A stretch of 60,837 nucleotides of DNA from Vezdaea acicularis (GCA_026025075.1 JAPEUI010000097.1:1-60837); one strand, 5' to 3'. Shown: positions 9,717-24,567, numbered from the stretch's first letter. A program made the numbers and translations. The notes: generated by a model not told the origin, from the letters alone.

Positions 9717-12042
9717 TCAGCGTGTACTGGATGCGGAAGTCCTCGGCAGAGGGATAGCCTCTGGAGGTACTAGACCCTCAGGAGGCACTCCTCCGACAAT
9801 TGATTTCTTGCGCCCGAATATAGTGCGCGTCCGTGATTTGTCGCGAGGTTTCTTTTCCTTCGGTTCCTCCTTCTTTCCACCTCGTCCCTTTCGCTCCTCT
9901 TCGTCCGCATATTTCGACTTATAGATCCTGCTGAACTTAGCTTAAAAGGTCTCCTATTGTACGAGGTCCAACTTACCAGCTATTGCCGATCATGCTCACA
10001 CCCTTGGCCTCAGCCATACGATAGAACTTAGCAGCTTTCTTCAGATCCTTCTTACACCCAATTCCCTGGGTGTAGCAGAAGCCGGCTTCTGTCATCGCAT
10101 CACCATCTCCCCACGCTGGTTGATCTATTAGCCTCTCCGATATATTATATGTACATTTCGTACACTCACATGCTGCGATCTCGAAGCAACGAAGTGCTAG
10201 ACCTTTGTCTTGTTCGATTCCCCAACCATTCATATGACTGACGCCAAGCTCATAGATACTTAATGCAAATTGAGCTCGCCTTGTCTTCCGTTCATTGTAA
10301 TCTCCCATCTTGCCTTCCTTAGTAAGCTCCTCATCCTCCGCAACTTCTAGACTTGCACAATCAGCCGCTTTCCTGAGCCATTGCACCCCCTCTCGCTCAT
10401 TCTTTCGCATTCCCCAGCCGTGCCGACAGGCCAACGCATAAAGAAGCATTGCGGTTGGATTATTTTGCTTCGCAGCGATGCGTAAATGGTAAGTGGACTC
10501 CTGAAACGACCCACTCTCGTGACATGCGATACCTTTTTCGAGATGCTCTTCCGCAGATATATCCGTAGATATGGCATTTGAATGATTTGATCTCGCTTTG
10601 ATGGTAAGACCCGAGCTTACAGAAGGCGAAGAGGGATGACTTGAATGCCCTTTAACTTGCATTGAAGGCCGCCGTTCGTCTGCATAACTGGTGTTAGGTC
10701 GCTTGATTTCTGGCGTGCGAGGCCTTAGTGTCTCCTGTGACTTTGCGGCCACTTCGCGTGGCGGTGAAGGAGGTGATAGCGGTCGCTCGACAGTCCTGGG
10801 CGTCGGGTGATCAACGTTACTACCTGATAAAAGTGGTGTAGACCACTGGAATTGGCGTTGCTGGTTATCCTCAAGGAACATCAGCGAATTTCTCTGTAAC
10901 ATTCTTCCGCGCGGCAAGTCAAAACGGGAGTAGATGTACGAAGGTACCGGCCCAGAAGCGTCTTGGCTGTCGACGTAATCGTCACTGTTCATGCTTACTG
11001 GGGTATGTATATCTTCGGTAAAGATGTATGGCTGGTTACCGTCCGTAGAATCTTGTCTGGACGGCATGTCAGATGACGGACGACTGGCTCTACTCATTGG
11101 CCTTGAAAAGTTGAAAGGCTGCTTAGCTGTGCGGCCGCCGCCAATAGAGTATTCGGAACTGATGGATGGTGAGCGAGGGGGTCCCATTACGGGAGACATA
11201 GGAGAACCGGGGTTTGAAAGTCCACTGCTTGAAGATAGCTTTCGCGGAAGTGAAACAAACGAAGCACCCATCGACGCCGCATCGTCATCAGAACTCTCTG
11301 CAGGTACTGATCTAATGCTTGATGCTTGGCGACGTGTTGGAGATCCTGGAGGTGCCAGCGCGTTTGAATTGTACCGCCGTGAGCTTAAAGAGTCTCCGGA
11401 TGGACCTCTCTGTAAGCCATTTACACGTTGTGAATCGAAGCTTCGCTTCGGCCTCATGCCCAATGATAAATCTTTGTAGTCTACACCTTTTTTACTTGTA
11501 GGATACGTTTCTGGGGAGTTGCTGCGCCGAGGAGTAAAGATGGGAGGTGCCGGTGGAGCATCTAAGGATTTCTTTCTCCTCGCCCGCAGATCTGGCATAC
11601 GCTGTATATCGTTGGCGTCTGGAATAGGTATTCCACTCAATCGAGGATGTATGGATACTGGTCTATTGGGCGGCACTGCCAGCTCTGTCTTCATGGCCAG
11701 CCCCCCATCATCAGTGGAGCGAGGAACTGACTTCTCCGGAAAGGACTCTGCATCTGCAGACGCTGAGCGAAAGAAACCGGGTCGATTTTGCGCCAGCGAG
11801 TTGGCTATTGTGATCGGTGGAAGGCGGCTAATGCGTTTGCCATTTTTCGCGCTGTCATCCAATTGCTTTGCTAAGAGTCGACCCTGAAGCGCAAAGGCAT
11901 CTAACGGCGATAATTCTGGAGGTATATCGCCATCGACGTGCGGTCTTCTGGGTGAAGGAAGCCCCCGGGAATGTGCTAACCCGCTTTTCGAAGAATTGTG
12001 AGATAACGATCGCAAGTCCACGTAGTCAGGTCGCGACGTCAT
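9717..12042 (-). CDS. Sel1-like-repeat protein, Nif1/Dsf2-like cell-cycle regulator
   Basis: S/P-rich N-terminus; C-terminal Sel1 repeats (AMLLYALACRHGWG, IYELGVSHMNGWGIEQD, EAGFCYTQGIGCKKD); introns 10116-10169 and 9928-9976; TGA at 9717-9719. Confidence 0.85.
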
Positions 12043-12803
12043 TTTTGCTAATGGGATGCGGCCGGTTCGGGGAGGGGCGTGGTACTTTTAGAGTTTATTT
12101 CGGGCTTAAATTTCCTGACAATAAGAGGCGTTGGCGAAGATGACTGTGATTACAGCCCATGAGAAAGCTCTGAAGAGCTATCTGGTGCAGCGAAGGAATC
12201 GGACTGGAGCTTGAATGCGGATCTGGCGGTCAATGGAGGGAGTGTTTGTCCAGGTGATCGGTTGTCAAAGAGAAAGTCTTTAGACGTGATCGGACAAGAA
12301 TTAGCGACAGTCGTAGCACTATTCACGTCGGGGGTACAAGACTTTGTGCGATGGGAATCCCATTGACTCCGTCGTGGTGGTTGAGGATGGGAGGAAGGGT
12401 GCAGATGAAGCCAACCTAAAACGACAAGCAGCGGGACCCCTGGATGGCTGACGGATGGCGCGACTTCAGCCCTGCTCGCGGCAAGAATCGCCCGTAATGC
12501 CGTCCAAACGGTCATGCACCAAGGAGCCTCCAGGTGGGAGATACAGCTTCCACGACGGAGAGACCCGGCTGGCCGACTCGTAGAGCGTGACGATATTATT
12601 CGTACAGGGACTCGAGGCTTTGGAGGAGGTTCATTTGCGGCAGATTGCGGGCATCTATCAGAAAGGGGTGGCCAATCGGCAGTAGCGAGTACGCCAAGCG
12701 AGGACCCGCATTCGCGCAGACAATGAACTTAAACCGTTCTGGACTATGCTCGCCGTTTGATTTCTACCCTTGATAATTGTAATGTACAATAAAATACGAA
12801 AGG

Positions 12804-15467
12804 TCATTCCGCTTTATTACCGGCGAACCTGCCTGTAAAGCTACCCATATCGCGACGAAAGAACTTTCCAATGTTCCTGAGGTTATCGTTCAGGTTCGCC
12901 GTGGGAGCGCCCTCCGCGCCTACTTGAGGTGGGGACATAGCGCCTGCGGGCGTCTTTCCACCAAGTGTTGGAGTCCCAAGCCTATCAACCCCGTCTCTTG
13001 CGGCGGACATGATTGCGCTGCCAAACGTACTAGGGTCGAAACGGCCCTGCAAACCTGGTGTCGCAGCGTGACCGATTGTAGTTCCTACATTCGAGCTCTG
13101 TATCAGCAACGGGGTAAGTAGTGGCGAATTTTGTTGAAGTTTGTCTACTTGAGAAGCGCGGTGTGCTTGGAATAACTCAACCAAGTGCGGCTGGTCGGCT
13201 TTCCGAATTCCTTTAAGTTCGAGGATCTTACGAAAATTGTTGTCGGATTTGTCGGCGATATGTATGAGGTAGGCTTGGACTAGACCCTCTGGTGGTGAAG
13301 CTCGAACTTGAAGTGTTTTGAGCAGCTTATCGATCTTGGTCATACTCTGACCGACACGTTTGACGAATCCTGGCGGTGCGCTTGTCCCAGGCTCGGAGCC
13401 CATTGTCGGAAGTTCTTCGAACCCCTTCTTGAGGGTGTACGAGTCGAGAAGCATCTGCTCAGCGCCTACTTCGGATAGGGGTCGGCACTGTACGATATTT
13501 CCAATATAGAGATTTGCAAGTAGTTCGACCAGATTATCGCAGAACGCGCGCGCATACTGATGCTTTGATAACAACTTCAAGATACCCGCTGAAGTTGCCT
13601 TAATCTGCTGGAGGAGCTCTCCAACGTAGGAGCTTTGGTCTGCAACGCTATCCAGTTTGCTCCATGACGTATTACGCATTTCTCGCCATCCAGGCTCACA
13701 AGCCACTTCTACCTTGTGAACGAGCCCACGCAAAGCAGCACTGGCTACGCCCATAAAGGTATCCGCCTGACTTTGTAAGTCGACCTTTGGTCGGAGTTCT
13801 TCGTCTATACGGCCTTTAATCTTGTCCTCGAGTTGTGTGCAGGTTGTGTGGCAATAATCAGCAGTATTCAGCACCAAAATGATGTCTTCTAATGGAGCAT
13901 CAGGACCCCCAGACCTACTCTGCAAAGCATACAGCAGAACTTGCTCGGCGTATAGGTCGAGGTACTTCGCAAATATAAGGGAAAGTTCCAGCAATCTTCC
14001 TCCTGTAGATAGCTTTGCGCATTGCGCCAAAGTAATTCTATAAAAGTGGAAGAGTTCCATAGAAGAAGGTATAACCGCTTGGGCTGAGAAGTCCTCGTCA
14101 GGGGGCCGTAAAGGCTGCATTCGATATTGAGGGATCATTACGGCAAGTTGCCTAGAATTTTAGCGAGACACTGTAAGGAAGATGTGATGACTTACTTGTC
14201 TTGCGATTCGACCCAGACACTTAGATAGGGTTCGAAAGCTTCCGATATAGCTCTTCCAAAGACAAGTGGCAGGTCATCTCTAGAACTCATGGTGTCGATA
14301 GATGCACGAGACTGATGGGTGAGCTTTCGTGAGTCAGAAAAGGAGGACTGGGATAATCTAAAAAATGAGTGTCATACTTCATTGCTGAACTTTCTCTCAA
14401 GGCCTTGTTCGAAATCTAGGGTTTCTTGAAGACATGATAGAAGGAGGTTGACATCCAAGCTCTGTCCATCTGTCCTTCGCATCGCACGCGAGAGGATACC
14501 CCTGAAATCCTCTCTTGTGCCTTCGCAAAAGGCGTTTGCCAACACCTCATTGACCCTCCATGATATTGGAAATATAGCGGCATGCTCGTCGTCATATGTT
14601 TTCAACATGCGTTTAAACCAAGAATATCTCCTCGCTATATTGTCAAGCGATCCTGCCTCGTCATTCCCCCGAAAGACTCGACGATATTCGCGGAGTTGCG
14701 TATTACAATACCAAGTGATTAGTCGCGATCGAGCATTATCTCCTAAGGCGTCCATCACAAGACACGCTTCGGCTAGCATGCCCTTTCGAGATGCAACCTC
14801 CCCCTTGGCAAAGGAGATCTCGAAGTCCTCACAAACTTGCTCTAACAACTCCCATTGAAGATCTGCAACATTACTGCTCAGTTTGGCGATCTGATCGATA
14901 GAGCGGTATGACTTGAAATGGGCAATGAGCTGTATTACAGCTTGTAGAAGCTGGCCACACTCGCGATATTGTCGAGTCTTGCTGAGACCTCGCAGCTGCT
15001 CGTACGCAGTTGTCAGCATCTGCAGCCTCTTCAAAGCTGTCATCGACAGTGTCAAATTCCGCTTCGTCCCATCGAGCCGTTTGATATCTGCCGTCATCTT
15101 CGTGATCGCCTGCTCTGTTTGTACCGCCCTTTCTCTGACACTCTCGATTTTCTTGAATAGCTCTCCCAATTCTGCTTTTGCCGCCTGAATTCGCTTGACA
15201 CTTTCGACATCAGATCTCGACTGCGAGGTGACGAACTTAGCAAGGTCCTCGTCGAGCTCATCTTTGTAGCTTCGTAGAGCTTCCGAAGTTACTGAGACTG
15301 AAGAAAGGGCTGACGGATGTGAGAATAAAGCATTGAGGTGATCGATGGGGCTATAATCATCTGAAAAGATTCAATCAGTCAAAATTTTCACCAGAAGATG
15401 TTGCCTGCATAGCCTCACCGGAATCGAGAGCATTGACAGCCGTGGAAATGCCGTTCACCTGCGGCAT
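12804..15467 (-). CDS. VPS53: GARP complex subunit Vps53
   Basis: DYSPIDHLNALFSHP; ITKMTADIKRLDGTKRNLTLSMTALKRLQML; EAGSLDNIARRYSWFKR; GAEQMLLD; several GT-AG introns. Confidence 0.95.
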
Positions 15468-15774
15468 GGAGAATGGAAAGCTCCGGCATCCGCCTTCTTT
15501 GCACGTTCTCAAGTGAGCTCATCAGGTAGAGCTAGTTCTCCATAGAGATGAGTTCTTGCTTCGGAAGACTGGTGGGAAGCTGATTATATTTACTTTGTGC
15601 CATGCGAACAATCGTAGGGGTATTTCCGATATAAAGTACGGCAAGTTTTACGTCGCAAAGCGCAAAACTCTAGAAGCGGCGGAGCCGATAGCGTTCGGTG
15701 GCGGTCCCGTATGCTGAAAATCTTAACATTGTCGCAACTCGCACAGTCGCTCTGAACTGTGAAATATGGGGAAT

Positions 15775-17266
15775 ATGTCAAGTGACGATCAGTATTTCCT
15801 TGATCAGGTCAGTTGGCCAATGAGGAAATAGTATGGAAATCTGCATTACTAACTCTTTACATAGCTTTCCGCCATACCAAATGATGTCAAACGCCATTCA
15901 CAGGATGTCGTGGAGTTCATCAACAGGCATATTGAGTGGGTGGCTTTGAATTTGAGGGAGGGTCTATCAACATCACCATGGATACCCGAATCACACAGAC
16001 CTTCGCCGCCGAGGAGAGCTATACCTCTACCCCGATCACGACCGACGTGGTTCGAACGGGTACAGGCCTGGTTATATAAGAATAAAGTCTTGACGGCCGT
16101 CGTATGTTTAACTGTAGGAGGTACAGTGGTGTATATCTACCATAGGCAGAGGTATTATGGCAAGAAGCGTAGAGCCCGCCGCGCCTCTAACGGCGCGAGA
16201 AAGGAGGTCGTTGTCATCGGCGGATCCTCCAACGAGCCCATCGCTAAGTCACTATCCTTCGATCTCGTAAGGCGCGGCTTCATTGTCTACACCGTCGTAA
16301 ATTCGCGCGAGGAAGAGCAGACTATCCGGAACGAGAAGTGTGAGGACATTAGGCCTCTGTATCTGGATATCGTGGATGTTCGTTGACCCATTTACTGACT
16401 TTCCCCTCCCTTAATACAACCCCATGAGATCATATGACAACTAATGCTTGAACCAGAAAATGAGCGCTCAAATGGCCATCTCGGACTTTCGCCGCACTCT
16501 CGAATCCCCGCGGCAAGCGTTTCCCGGCGCCTCTCCACACAACCTGCACCTCGCTGGCGTAATCATGATCCCGGATACATCCTATCCATCTGGCCCTGTT
16601 GAAACTACCATGCTAGATGCCTGGCACGACGCTTTAAACGTCAAAGTACTCGGCACAATCGCTACACTCCAAGCTCTCCTTCCCATAATAGGCGCCTACA
16701 AATCTCGCATCCTTGTCTTAACGCCTAGCATTATCCCCTCTCTTTCTCCACCCTTCCATGGTATCGAAAGCTCTGTCATCGCAGCCATCGAGGCGTTTAC
16801 GCAGAGCTTAAGGGGTGAGATCGGCGCTATTGGTGTTGACGTGCTGCAGCTCAAGTTAGGAACATTTGACTGCAGCGCCGTAGGTGGGCGGCGGCAGGTA
16901 GCAACGCTAAATGCGCCTAGGGCTGAAGCCTTATCTTGGAGCCCCGTAGCGAGAGCTACATATGGCGGGAATTACTATGCTTCCTCCTCCGTCGTCGGGA
17001 TGCGCACGGGGGTTGGAGCCTTGGCACAACGGGCTTGTGGGAGTCATCTCCGAGAGCTGCATGTAGCGGTATTCGATGCGCTGACACAGAGGAGGCCGAG
17101 GAGAATCTGGAGGGTGGGGCAAGGGAGTGTAGCATACGATCTTGTGGGAAGATGGATGCCTGAGCGGGTTGTGGGGTGGATGTTGGGATTGCAAAGGGTT
17201 CCAAGGGAAGAGTTAGGAGAGGGAATGGAGGTTGAATGGGAACGGGTGGAAGAGGCTGGGAGGTAG
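15775..17266 (+). CDS. DUF1776 family protein (SDR-like fold, single TM)
   Basis: MSSDDQYFLD start; TM segment followed by KKRRARRASNGARKEVVVIGGS; LAGVIMIPDTSYPSGP; GSHLRELHVAVFDAL; GQGSVAYDLVGRW; two introns. Confidence 0.8.
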
Positions 17267-17841
17267 AACCGTGGTGTAGATTTCTGAGATTGGAAATCCG
17301 CCCTTTGGAGAAGACTTGAATGACTGAAAGCGAGAGACGGGTACTGATGGGTCAGATGGTGGTGGGACTTTTCTCTCCACTCCGTGGGGAAATGTATGGG
17401 TCTGATTAAGGCGTTGTGTGGTCATCTGGAGGCGTCGAGTGCAGTGGCGGATGGATAGCGAATCCGGAATAAGTGTTTTGGCTAGAAGCAAAGAGATTCT
17501 TTGCTCATTTTCGTATTGTTATCTCGCTCCCTGAGTCTAAATGCAATTTCCGTGAGCTGCAACCACCATATTACACATCGGAGAGCTTTCCCTCGGAATT
17601 TAGAATGGACGGGTTTTGAAAAGGCGAAAAGGGACCAGATGACTGCTTCTCTTGACGAGGTGGCATGAAGTCACTGTGGCAATGAGATCCATTGGTATGA
17701 GAGTAACAGAAGGAAGTCCTGTCAATCAGGGGTACTTGTGCATCAGACATCATAGGGTGTCTGCCATAGAAAGCAGCGCTCACCACGTCTTGAGATGGAA
17801 ATTCAATCCGAAACTCTGCTCTTGAGTTAGTTTATGACATT

Positions 17842-18769
17842 TTACCTATCTCTGTCAAAATTCCTCCTCTGCCGACCGTGAAAACTCCGGCCTCCTCTAC
17901 CCTGCCAGCCTCTCCTTCCCCCCTTCTCGCGATCCCTTTCTCTCTCCCGTTCCTCTTCCCGTTCGCCTTGCTCCGCGCGGGCTTGTCGCTCTCGTTCGAC
18001 TTCGGCGGGGTCGCGTCTGACCCTTACCGTGGGTGGCGGCAAATTTGCCGGCCATCTAGGGTGAGCTCCGTACTTGCATTGTCGTCCATCAGGACAGAAG
18101 CCGGCTAAGTAATAACTACAGATCTCTTTCCGGATGTGCTTCTTGGAGCAGCGTGGGCCGAGTGGGCAGAACCCCTTTTCATAATGCGGGCAAGGGTCAA
18201 GGCGAGCATCGGTGTCGATATGCAGATATAAGCATTCCTCACCACTGGCGCACCATTGATTCCGGGCAAATTGATTACACTCGGGCATTTTTCGCCTGTG
18301 TGAAGGAACGAGATTCTTGTCAGCGTAATGTTCTCATACAGAAACCTCTGTAACGAATGAAGAGTTGGCGGAGGGTTATGCCCATGAGCCACTCACAGAT
18401 TGAATTCATGTAAGAACTCACACGCATCACCTTTCTTGCATAGACCTCGGAGCCAATGCTTACAGACTAGACTGCATTCAATGATTAGCCATGGGATCGT
18501 CTAGGTTCTTGGACAAGTTCAAGGCAAGGTGCGTACTTGTTGAACGATGTTGAGGCCGCATGCTTGTCGGGGCAGAGATTCCCTTGGGGGCAGTGCCCTT
18601 GAATAAAGGCCTTGCAGGCGGGCCGTTCGGGATCCAGACCGAAACGGTATTCTCGACGCAGGAATTCATTAAAGGAGAAGTTATATTCGGCGCGCGTAGG
18701 CGGATCTAGAATGGGTCGGACTAGCTCAGCCAAAGCCGGAGCATCATGAGTGGCTTTAGCCGTGGCCAT
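17842..18769 (-). CDS. YTH1: mRNA 3'-end processing CCCH zinc-finger protein Yth1/CPSF30
   Basis: Five CCCH fingers ([59 protein letters not shown], etc.); [12 protein letters not shown]. Confidence 0.93.
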
Positions 18770-19355
18770 AATTGCAAGAGACGCAATGAGAAGCCTTTGG
18801 TTCAAAGCATTACCTTTGTGGCCGACGGGTGAGTGGCACCGCGGCGCTCTGGGGCAAGATGATGCATAATGTGACTTGAGAATTAGATTCTATGTGAATG
18901 ATCTGCGGACTGGCGGCATCTTCCATGGCTAATGAGAGCTCAGTATCTGCAGGGGGAGGGGATTTCCACCTTGGCTTCGAAGCGCGAGAAGCGAAGTTTT
19001 TTGCGCGAGCTATGTTCAACGATCGGACCACAATCGAATTCCAGTGTCTGAAACCTGAACCCTTTTAATTTTTGGTCATGAATTTACTTGTAACAAGGGA
19101 AGTCTGCTTGGGTGGCGACACAGCTGGCACAAGCTCCAAGGCAGCATTTTGGCATTCGTAAGCCCCGCTTCGAGTACGTTCTCCCTCACCGAACTCCGAT
19201 GTTTACCTTGTTCCTCACAGTGTAGAAATCCGACCTGCATTGACGTTACAAGCAACGCTCTTTTGTTTCTCATCTTTTGGTTTTGATTCACGAGATACCA
19301 TTTTTAGTGTGAGCCTCAGTCCCAATCTGTCACTATTGTTGAACCTGGACGTGAG

Positions 19356-20742
19356 ATGGCTTGGGAATTCGAACCTCTGATTTCGCAATATTCCCATTTG
19401 AAAGACAAGAGGCGCCAAGATGAGGCACTCCGGACGCTACAAAAAGTCGCTTCGCTGGTCAAACCAATTATGCGCGCGCACAATTGGCGTGTGGGGACGT
19501 TGGCGGAGTTCTTCCCCCCAGAATCAAACCTCTTGGGTGAGTTTTACATTGTAGTAGCTTGGTTAAGGGGGGAGCGGTTAGTAGCTAAGTGTGTCTGTCA
19601 GGCCTCAACGTAAACGGGGGTGAAAAGATCTTCCTCCGGCTCCGCCATGCTGGCGATGAGAACCAGTTCGTAGGCATGGAGCAAGTTGTAGACACGATGC
19701 TGCACGAGTATGGTTCCCCACATCCCAAATATCAGAACCCCAACTCTGTGAAGCATTAGCTAAGCGTTCTAGGCTATCCCACATCGCCTTTGGCCCGCAT
19801 GACGCGAGCTTCCACAAGCAATGGGACGAGCTTCGCGCCGAGCATGCCAGCCTCATCAATAAAGGCTATACTGGGGAGGGTTTCCTGTCCGACGGGAAGG
19901 TCCTCGGTGGGAGTGGGCGCATTCCCCTTACCGAAGCACAGCGACTTACCCGCATCGCTGCTGAGAACCGGCGCGACTTCAACAAACACTCTGGCCAGCG
20001 CCTCGGCGGAGCCCCACCAATTCCCGGTCCGCAAAAACGACGTGACTTGCGGAAACTCATGGCTGAGGCTGCGGAAGCCAGGTCGCGGGGCATTACGAAG
20101 GGCTGCGCAAGCGATATCAGGGATGAGAAGACGACGAGGAGAATTGCGCAGCAGGCGGAGATAGGGAGTTTCAAGACGAAGGCGGCGGAGGATGAGGCGA
20201 ATGAGATGGCTATCTGGGAGGCTTATCGTGAGCTGAATGGGGACATCGTGGATGACCTTTCTAACCTTGATACCATGCCCTCCGTACCAAGTGAATCGAC
20301 CCTGAGCTATGGAGAGGCTTCTCCGAAAAGGTATCCTCCAAGTATCTCTGCACCGCCAACAATCGGCAGTAAGACTCTTCCCCCATCATCGAACGCGATA
20401 TGGGAATGTCCCATCTGCACCCTTCAAAACCCAGCGGACTTCCTCTGCTGTGACGCGTGCACGACCGAGCGACCTGAAAGCGTGACGCTGTCTATGGTAT
20501 CAAAGACAGCCCCCCCTCGATTGGGCAAGGTGCCGAACGAGAAAGTCAGCAGGAGCTCTGGCCCTGCCTGGTCCAATGACATATCACGGTCACAGACCGA
20601 TACGAAAATCGGTGCCAAGAGGCCTGTAGCGAAATTTGAGGTGCCCACGCCGAGGAATTGGTGCTGTCTTTTTTGCGGAATGACGATGGAGGCGCAGTGG
20701 TGGACATGTAGCCGGTGTGGACAGATGAAGACGAGGTCTTAG
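19356..20742 (+). CDS. WSS1: WLM-domain DNA-protein crosslink metalloprotease Wss1-like, with C-terminal RanBP2-type zinc fingers
   Basis: ASLVKPIMRAHNWRVGTLAEFFP; LLGLNVN; TMLHE|LSH (HExxH split by an intron); WECPICTLQN..CDAC; WCCLFCG...WWTCSRCG. Confidence 0.88.
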
Positions 20743-21154
20743 GCGTATTTGGGTGGCTGGGTGGCTGGAAAAAGGGGCAAGCTTGAAGTGTTTTGAGCGA
20801 ATGTTCTAGAACTAGCTTATGGCGTCTACGTCTGGGTAGACTTTGCATGCGGATTTATCACAAGCACTCTGGCGCTGGGTTCCTGATCGGTCTTAAGCGT
20901 TGGGGTGCGTTCAGTATTACCTTCCTGAAAATATACATGTTTTGATGAAAGAGCCTATCGCATGTATTAAGTTTGATACGGTTGATTCTACTGTAATCTC
21001 AAAATATTGCCCTTGACATGAGGTTACTTACCAACACGCCTCTGACTCCATTCAACCACCACTGCCGAATCCCTCACGCCTGAAGTATAACATGATCCGT
21101 AGCCAATGTATCCCAAGATTGTAATGAAAGCTACTGATCCGAGTACAACCCCGA

Positions 21155-22637
21155 TCAAGCAGCAGGTACGCCCTCCTTCTCCATATCCTTGAGGTACTTA
21201 TCCCAGATACTGACCTGGCCGCTGTAGAAGTCAATATGCGCATCCGCCAACCCACCGAGCGTATCCTTGAACTCTGACGTCTTTATCCGTCCAAAATCTG
21301 CCACCTCGTGCACGACCTCCTCATCGAACATTTCTGAGGTTGTCTTTGCGGCTTCAACTTCTCCGGTCAAGACATTAATCCTGAGCTCCAGTTTCCGTAC
21401 GCGTTCTCGCCTTGCCTGCTCGTGGTCAACGCCCCTTACATCTTCAATCTTCGAGCGGAGAAAGCCGCCAGGCCCCGTAAGGCCGGAAGAACCGTGCGAA
21501 GAGGCTAAGAGGTCCCGCTCAGTGGCCGCTTTGGTGAGATATTCGGTCAGGGCTTCAAAATCGAGTTGTTTCTGGTCGCGGAGCTTGAGGAGAGCGCGGG
21601 CGGTGGCGACGTAGGCAGTCATATCTCGTAGAGAGCCGAGATAGTTCTGATCAACGTGCTCCTTCAGTGTCTTGAGGCCACCGGCAGTAGCTTCGACGGT
21701 GCTGGAGAATGCTTCTATAGGCGTTTCGATGCCTGGCTCTAGGTTAATTAGTTTGCGAAACTGTGTCTCCAATTCAGTATAGTCGCCCTCAAGGTCAGCT
21801 CCTCGGCGGGCGATGCGGGAGATGACTTTTTCGACGTGTGACAGGTCTTCTTCGAGCTTATCAAGGTTTTCGCGCACTTCGAGGAAGCGCTTGTCGGGTT
21901 TGTGTACTTTGGAGAAGGCGTTTAGGAAAGTGTCGGTGAAATTATCGAAGACCCCACCACTTTGCTCAGATGAGGGAGAGCCTACTCTTTGTGGCCGAGA
22001 GGCCATCTGTGCATTCCAGTCGTTACTCTCGAGGAAGATTATTAGGATGGCGCTGCGTCGGAGGCGGGGGTGGAGAGTGAGGCGAGTAAGGAACCGGTGA
22101 AGTGAGTGAGCTCTTCTGGAGGTGAAGTCGGGTCCAAATCGATCACCTCTAACGTACTCCATCTTATGTTTGTCGGGTAACGGAGGAACAGCGCATTCGG
22201 GATATTCTCTTATTAGAGTCTTCTGGAGGAATACGAAATCAGTAAAGCGCCGTCGGACTTTGCTGGTAGGCTTTTGGAATGACTTGAAATCAGTCTATAG
22301 TATATTGTCAGCACAACTCAGTGCTCTATTGCTTCATCAGTGACCATACGTGAGTTGTGACCTGATAGGATACAAAAACGTCCTTCGTTCCATCGTTCTC
22401 TTTCTGCGGACAGTCTACTTGACATTGGAGAACGCCATCCTCAACTCCAGCAAGGTCCAATGCATCTCCCCCCCGTCCTATCTGTGAGACTGTCGTATCC
22501 GCCGATCCTTTTTGGCTTGAGTGTTGCTTAGGGGTGGACTGCTGCTCCCCGTTCTGTCCAGCGTTTGATGGTCTTGATCCGCCGTCACTTCCAGTACCGT
22601 TACGCCATTGGATCTCATCGAAGTCGTCAGGATCCAT
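21155..22637 (-). CDS. SNX4: Sorting nexin-4 (PX-BAR)
   Basis: PQKENDGTKDVFVSYQVTTH; VRRRFTDF; VPPLPDKHKMEYVRGDRF; RDQKQLDFEALTEYL; one intron ~22296-22350. Confidence 0.95.
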
Positions 22638-23008
22638 TCTAAAATTACACTAAGGTCAATGGACTCGCTGGGAGGTACTCTGGGAATCTTTCAGTCTGAA
22701 GGTCTCCTATTGTCCTTATTGGTATTGTCCGGAACACTGTGTGCATAGACCTTCGGCATGCGTAATGGTGCTGTGGGATTAACCGGCACGGCTTAAGCCG
22801 TCATCAATACGGCACACTTCAGCGACCCAGCAGCGCAGCCACCAGAAGACACGTGTAAATAGGGGGTGAACGTCGAGTTCCATATTCACGATTGTTTGAT
22901 GACTTAATGCCACACAGTTCATAGACTAAGATTTCTAATGGTACCCTTGGGAATGACGATTGACAGTTTCTAGGCCGATTTGCTTCCAGCGGCCGAGATC
23001 TCTTGAAC

Positions 23009-24123
23009 TCAAGGCTGTAAAAGACTTTCGACTTTCAGCCTAAAGCTTCGTCGATCGCTCTCCAACATTGAATTATTGTTCCTCAAGGCTGTTTGTAAGT
23101 TTTTGAACTTGTTGGAGTCGACATCCGGATAGCTCCCAGACACAAGACCAGACAACAAAGCCTTCTTAGTTTTCTCGGAGACTGGTTTGAACTTGATCTC
23201 CTCCGATCGTCCTGCAGCTATGAGGCCTTTCAGCACCTCTTTAGCCTTTCCCTGATCTTCAGAATTGCTGAAGTCGACCCATGAAGATGTCATTAGGCGT
23301 TCGGTTAGCATTTCCGTAGTTTGAACCGGAAAGATATCTCTTTCCGCGAGTCTTCGGGTCTTGTTGTTGATGGCAGCAATTGTTCCTGAGTGGGTCCCTA
23401 TAAAACTAGGCATTTCTGACTGTAGACTTGTTATTGATACACTCGGCATGTAGTTCTTCGCCTGATTCTCGTTGTCTTTCGCATGTCGCTCCTCCTCAAA
23501 GTACTTTTCAAGAGCTTCTTCTTCTAGTCCGGGTTTGAAATCATCCTGATATTCTTTGACGCTGAAAGACGGTCGCTGACGGGATGCCCCTCGAACATTA
23601 CGCATCCCTGTGCCACGCTTTGATCCCCGGGCTCCCGCTCTCACCATACGACCTGCGTTCGCGCCTGCAGCTCGTCCAGTGGGGCGACCTTTATTGTAAT
23701 CATATCGGCCATTACGGATAGAACTGTCCTGAGAGCGCCCAGACTCTGCTCCACGATTGAATTTGGGACCCTCCCAGTTGATCTCTCGACCTCGACTGGG
23801 ATCGTCGCGACTCGCGGTGATGCCCCTCGGATGGGTAGAGCCGCCTTCATGTGTGATTGTCTGTCTCAAGGGCTGAACGCGATTCTGTGTATCGCCAGCA
23901 GCATTGCCAAAGTGAGAAGGTGTTGGGCGTATCTTGCCTGTAGAGTAGTTAGAGCTTCGCGACAGGACTAAAGTAGATAATAGAATTTACTCTTGTCGTA
24001 TCCACCATATTGAAAATACCCAGATATGGAAAATTGCCGGACAAACGCTACAGTAGACTCAATGGCTTCAGATTGCGATGGTTTTGTTAAGATAAGTGCT
24101 GTATGGGCATGGCGACCAAACAT
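23009..24123 (-). CDS. Hypothetical protein, possibly mitochondrial
   Basis: Exon 1 MFGRHAH...RQFSISG (presequence-like) joined by a GT-AG intron (~23938-23990) in frame to the 286-aa ORF; R/G-rich middle region. Confidence 0.6.
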
Positions 24124-24567
24124 CTCGATATCTCGAACTGCTGGTCACCTAGAAGTCTTGCAAAAGTTCCTACTAAAATCTTCGAATATTGCTACAGCTC
24201 GCTCGGCTACCTACCGTCAGCCACAGACCACTACACCTCACAGCACGTCACGTGTCGAGGATTCTGGACGTTAACCCTCTAGGTCTGGGCGTTTCCATAA
24301 ACCGCTAGAGCCTTAGCCTTTCAAATAGCATAGCTGTAGGGGGACAATTTTCTACGCAATCTGGTCCAGCGGTACGACAGTAAGACATTGATTGAGCGGC
24401 ACAAATGGATCTGATTCGCTGATGCTTTGATCTTTAACCGAAATATCACCCATTCAGACGCTCCTTCTCACCAAAATATCGAGCAAAGCAGAACTCTCGC
24501 ATTTGCCCGTGAAACAAAGTATCTGCTCAGAAATCGCCACAGTACTACGTTGCGACCTTCACTCAAT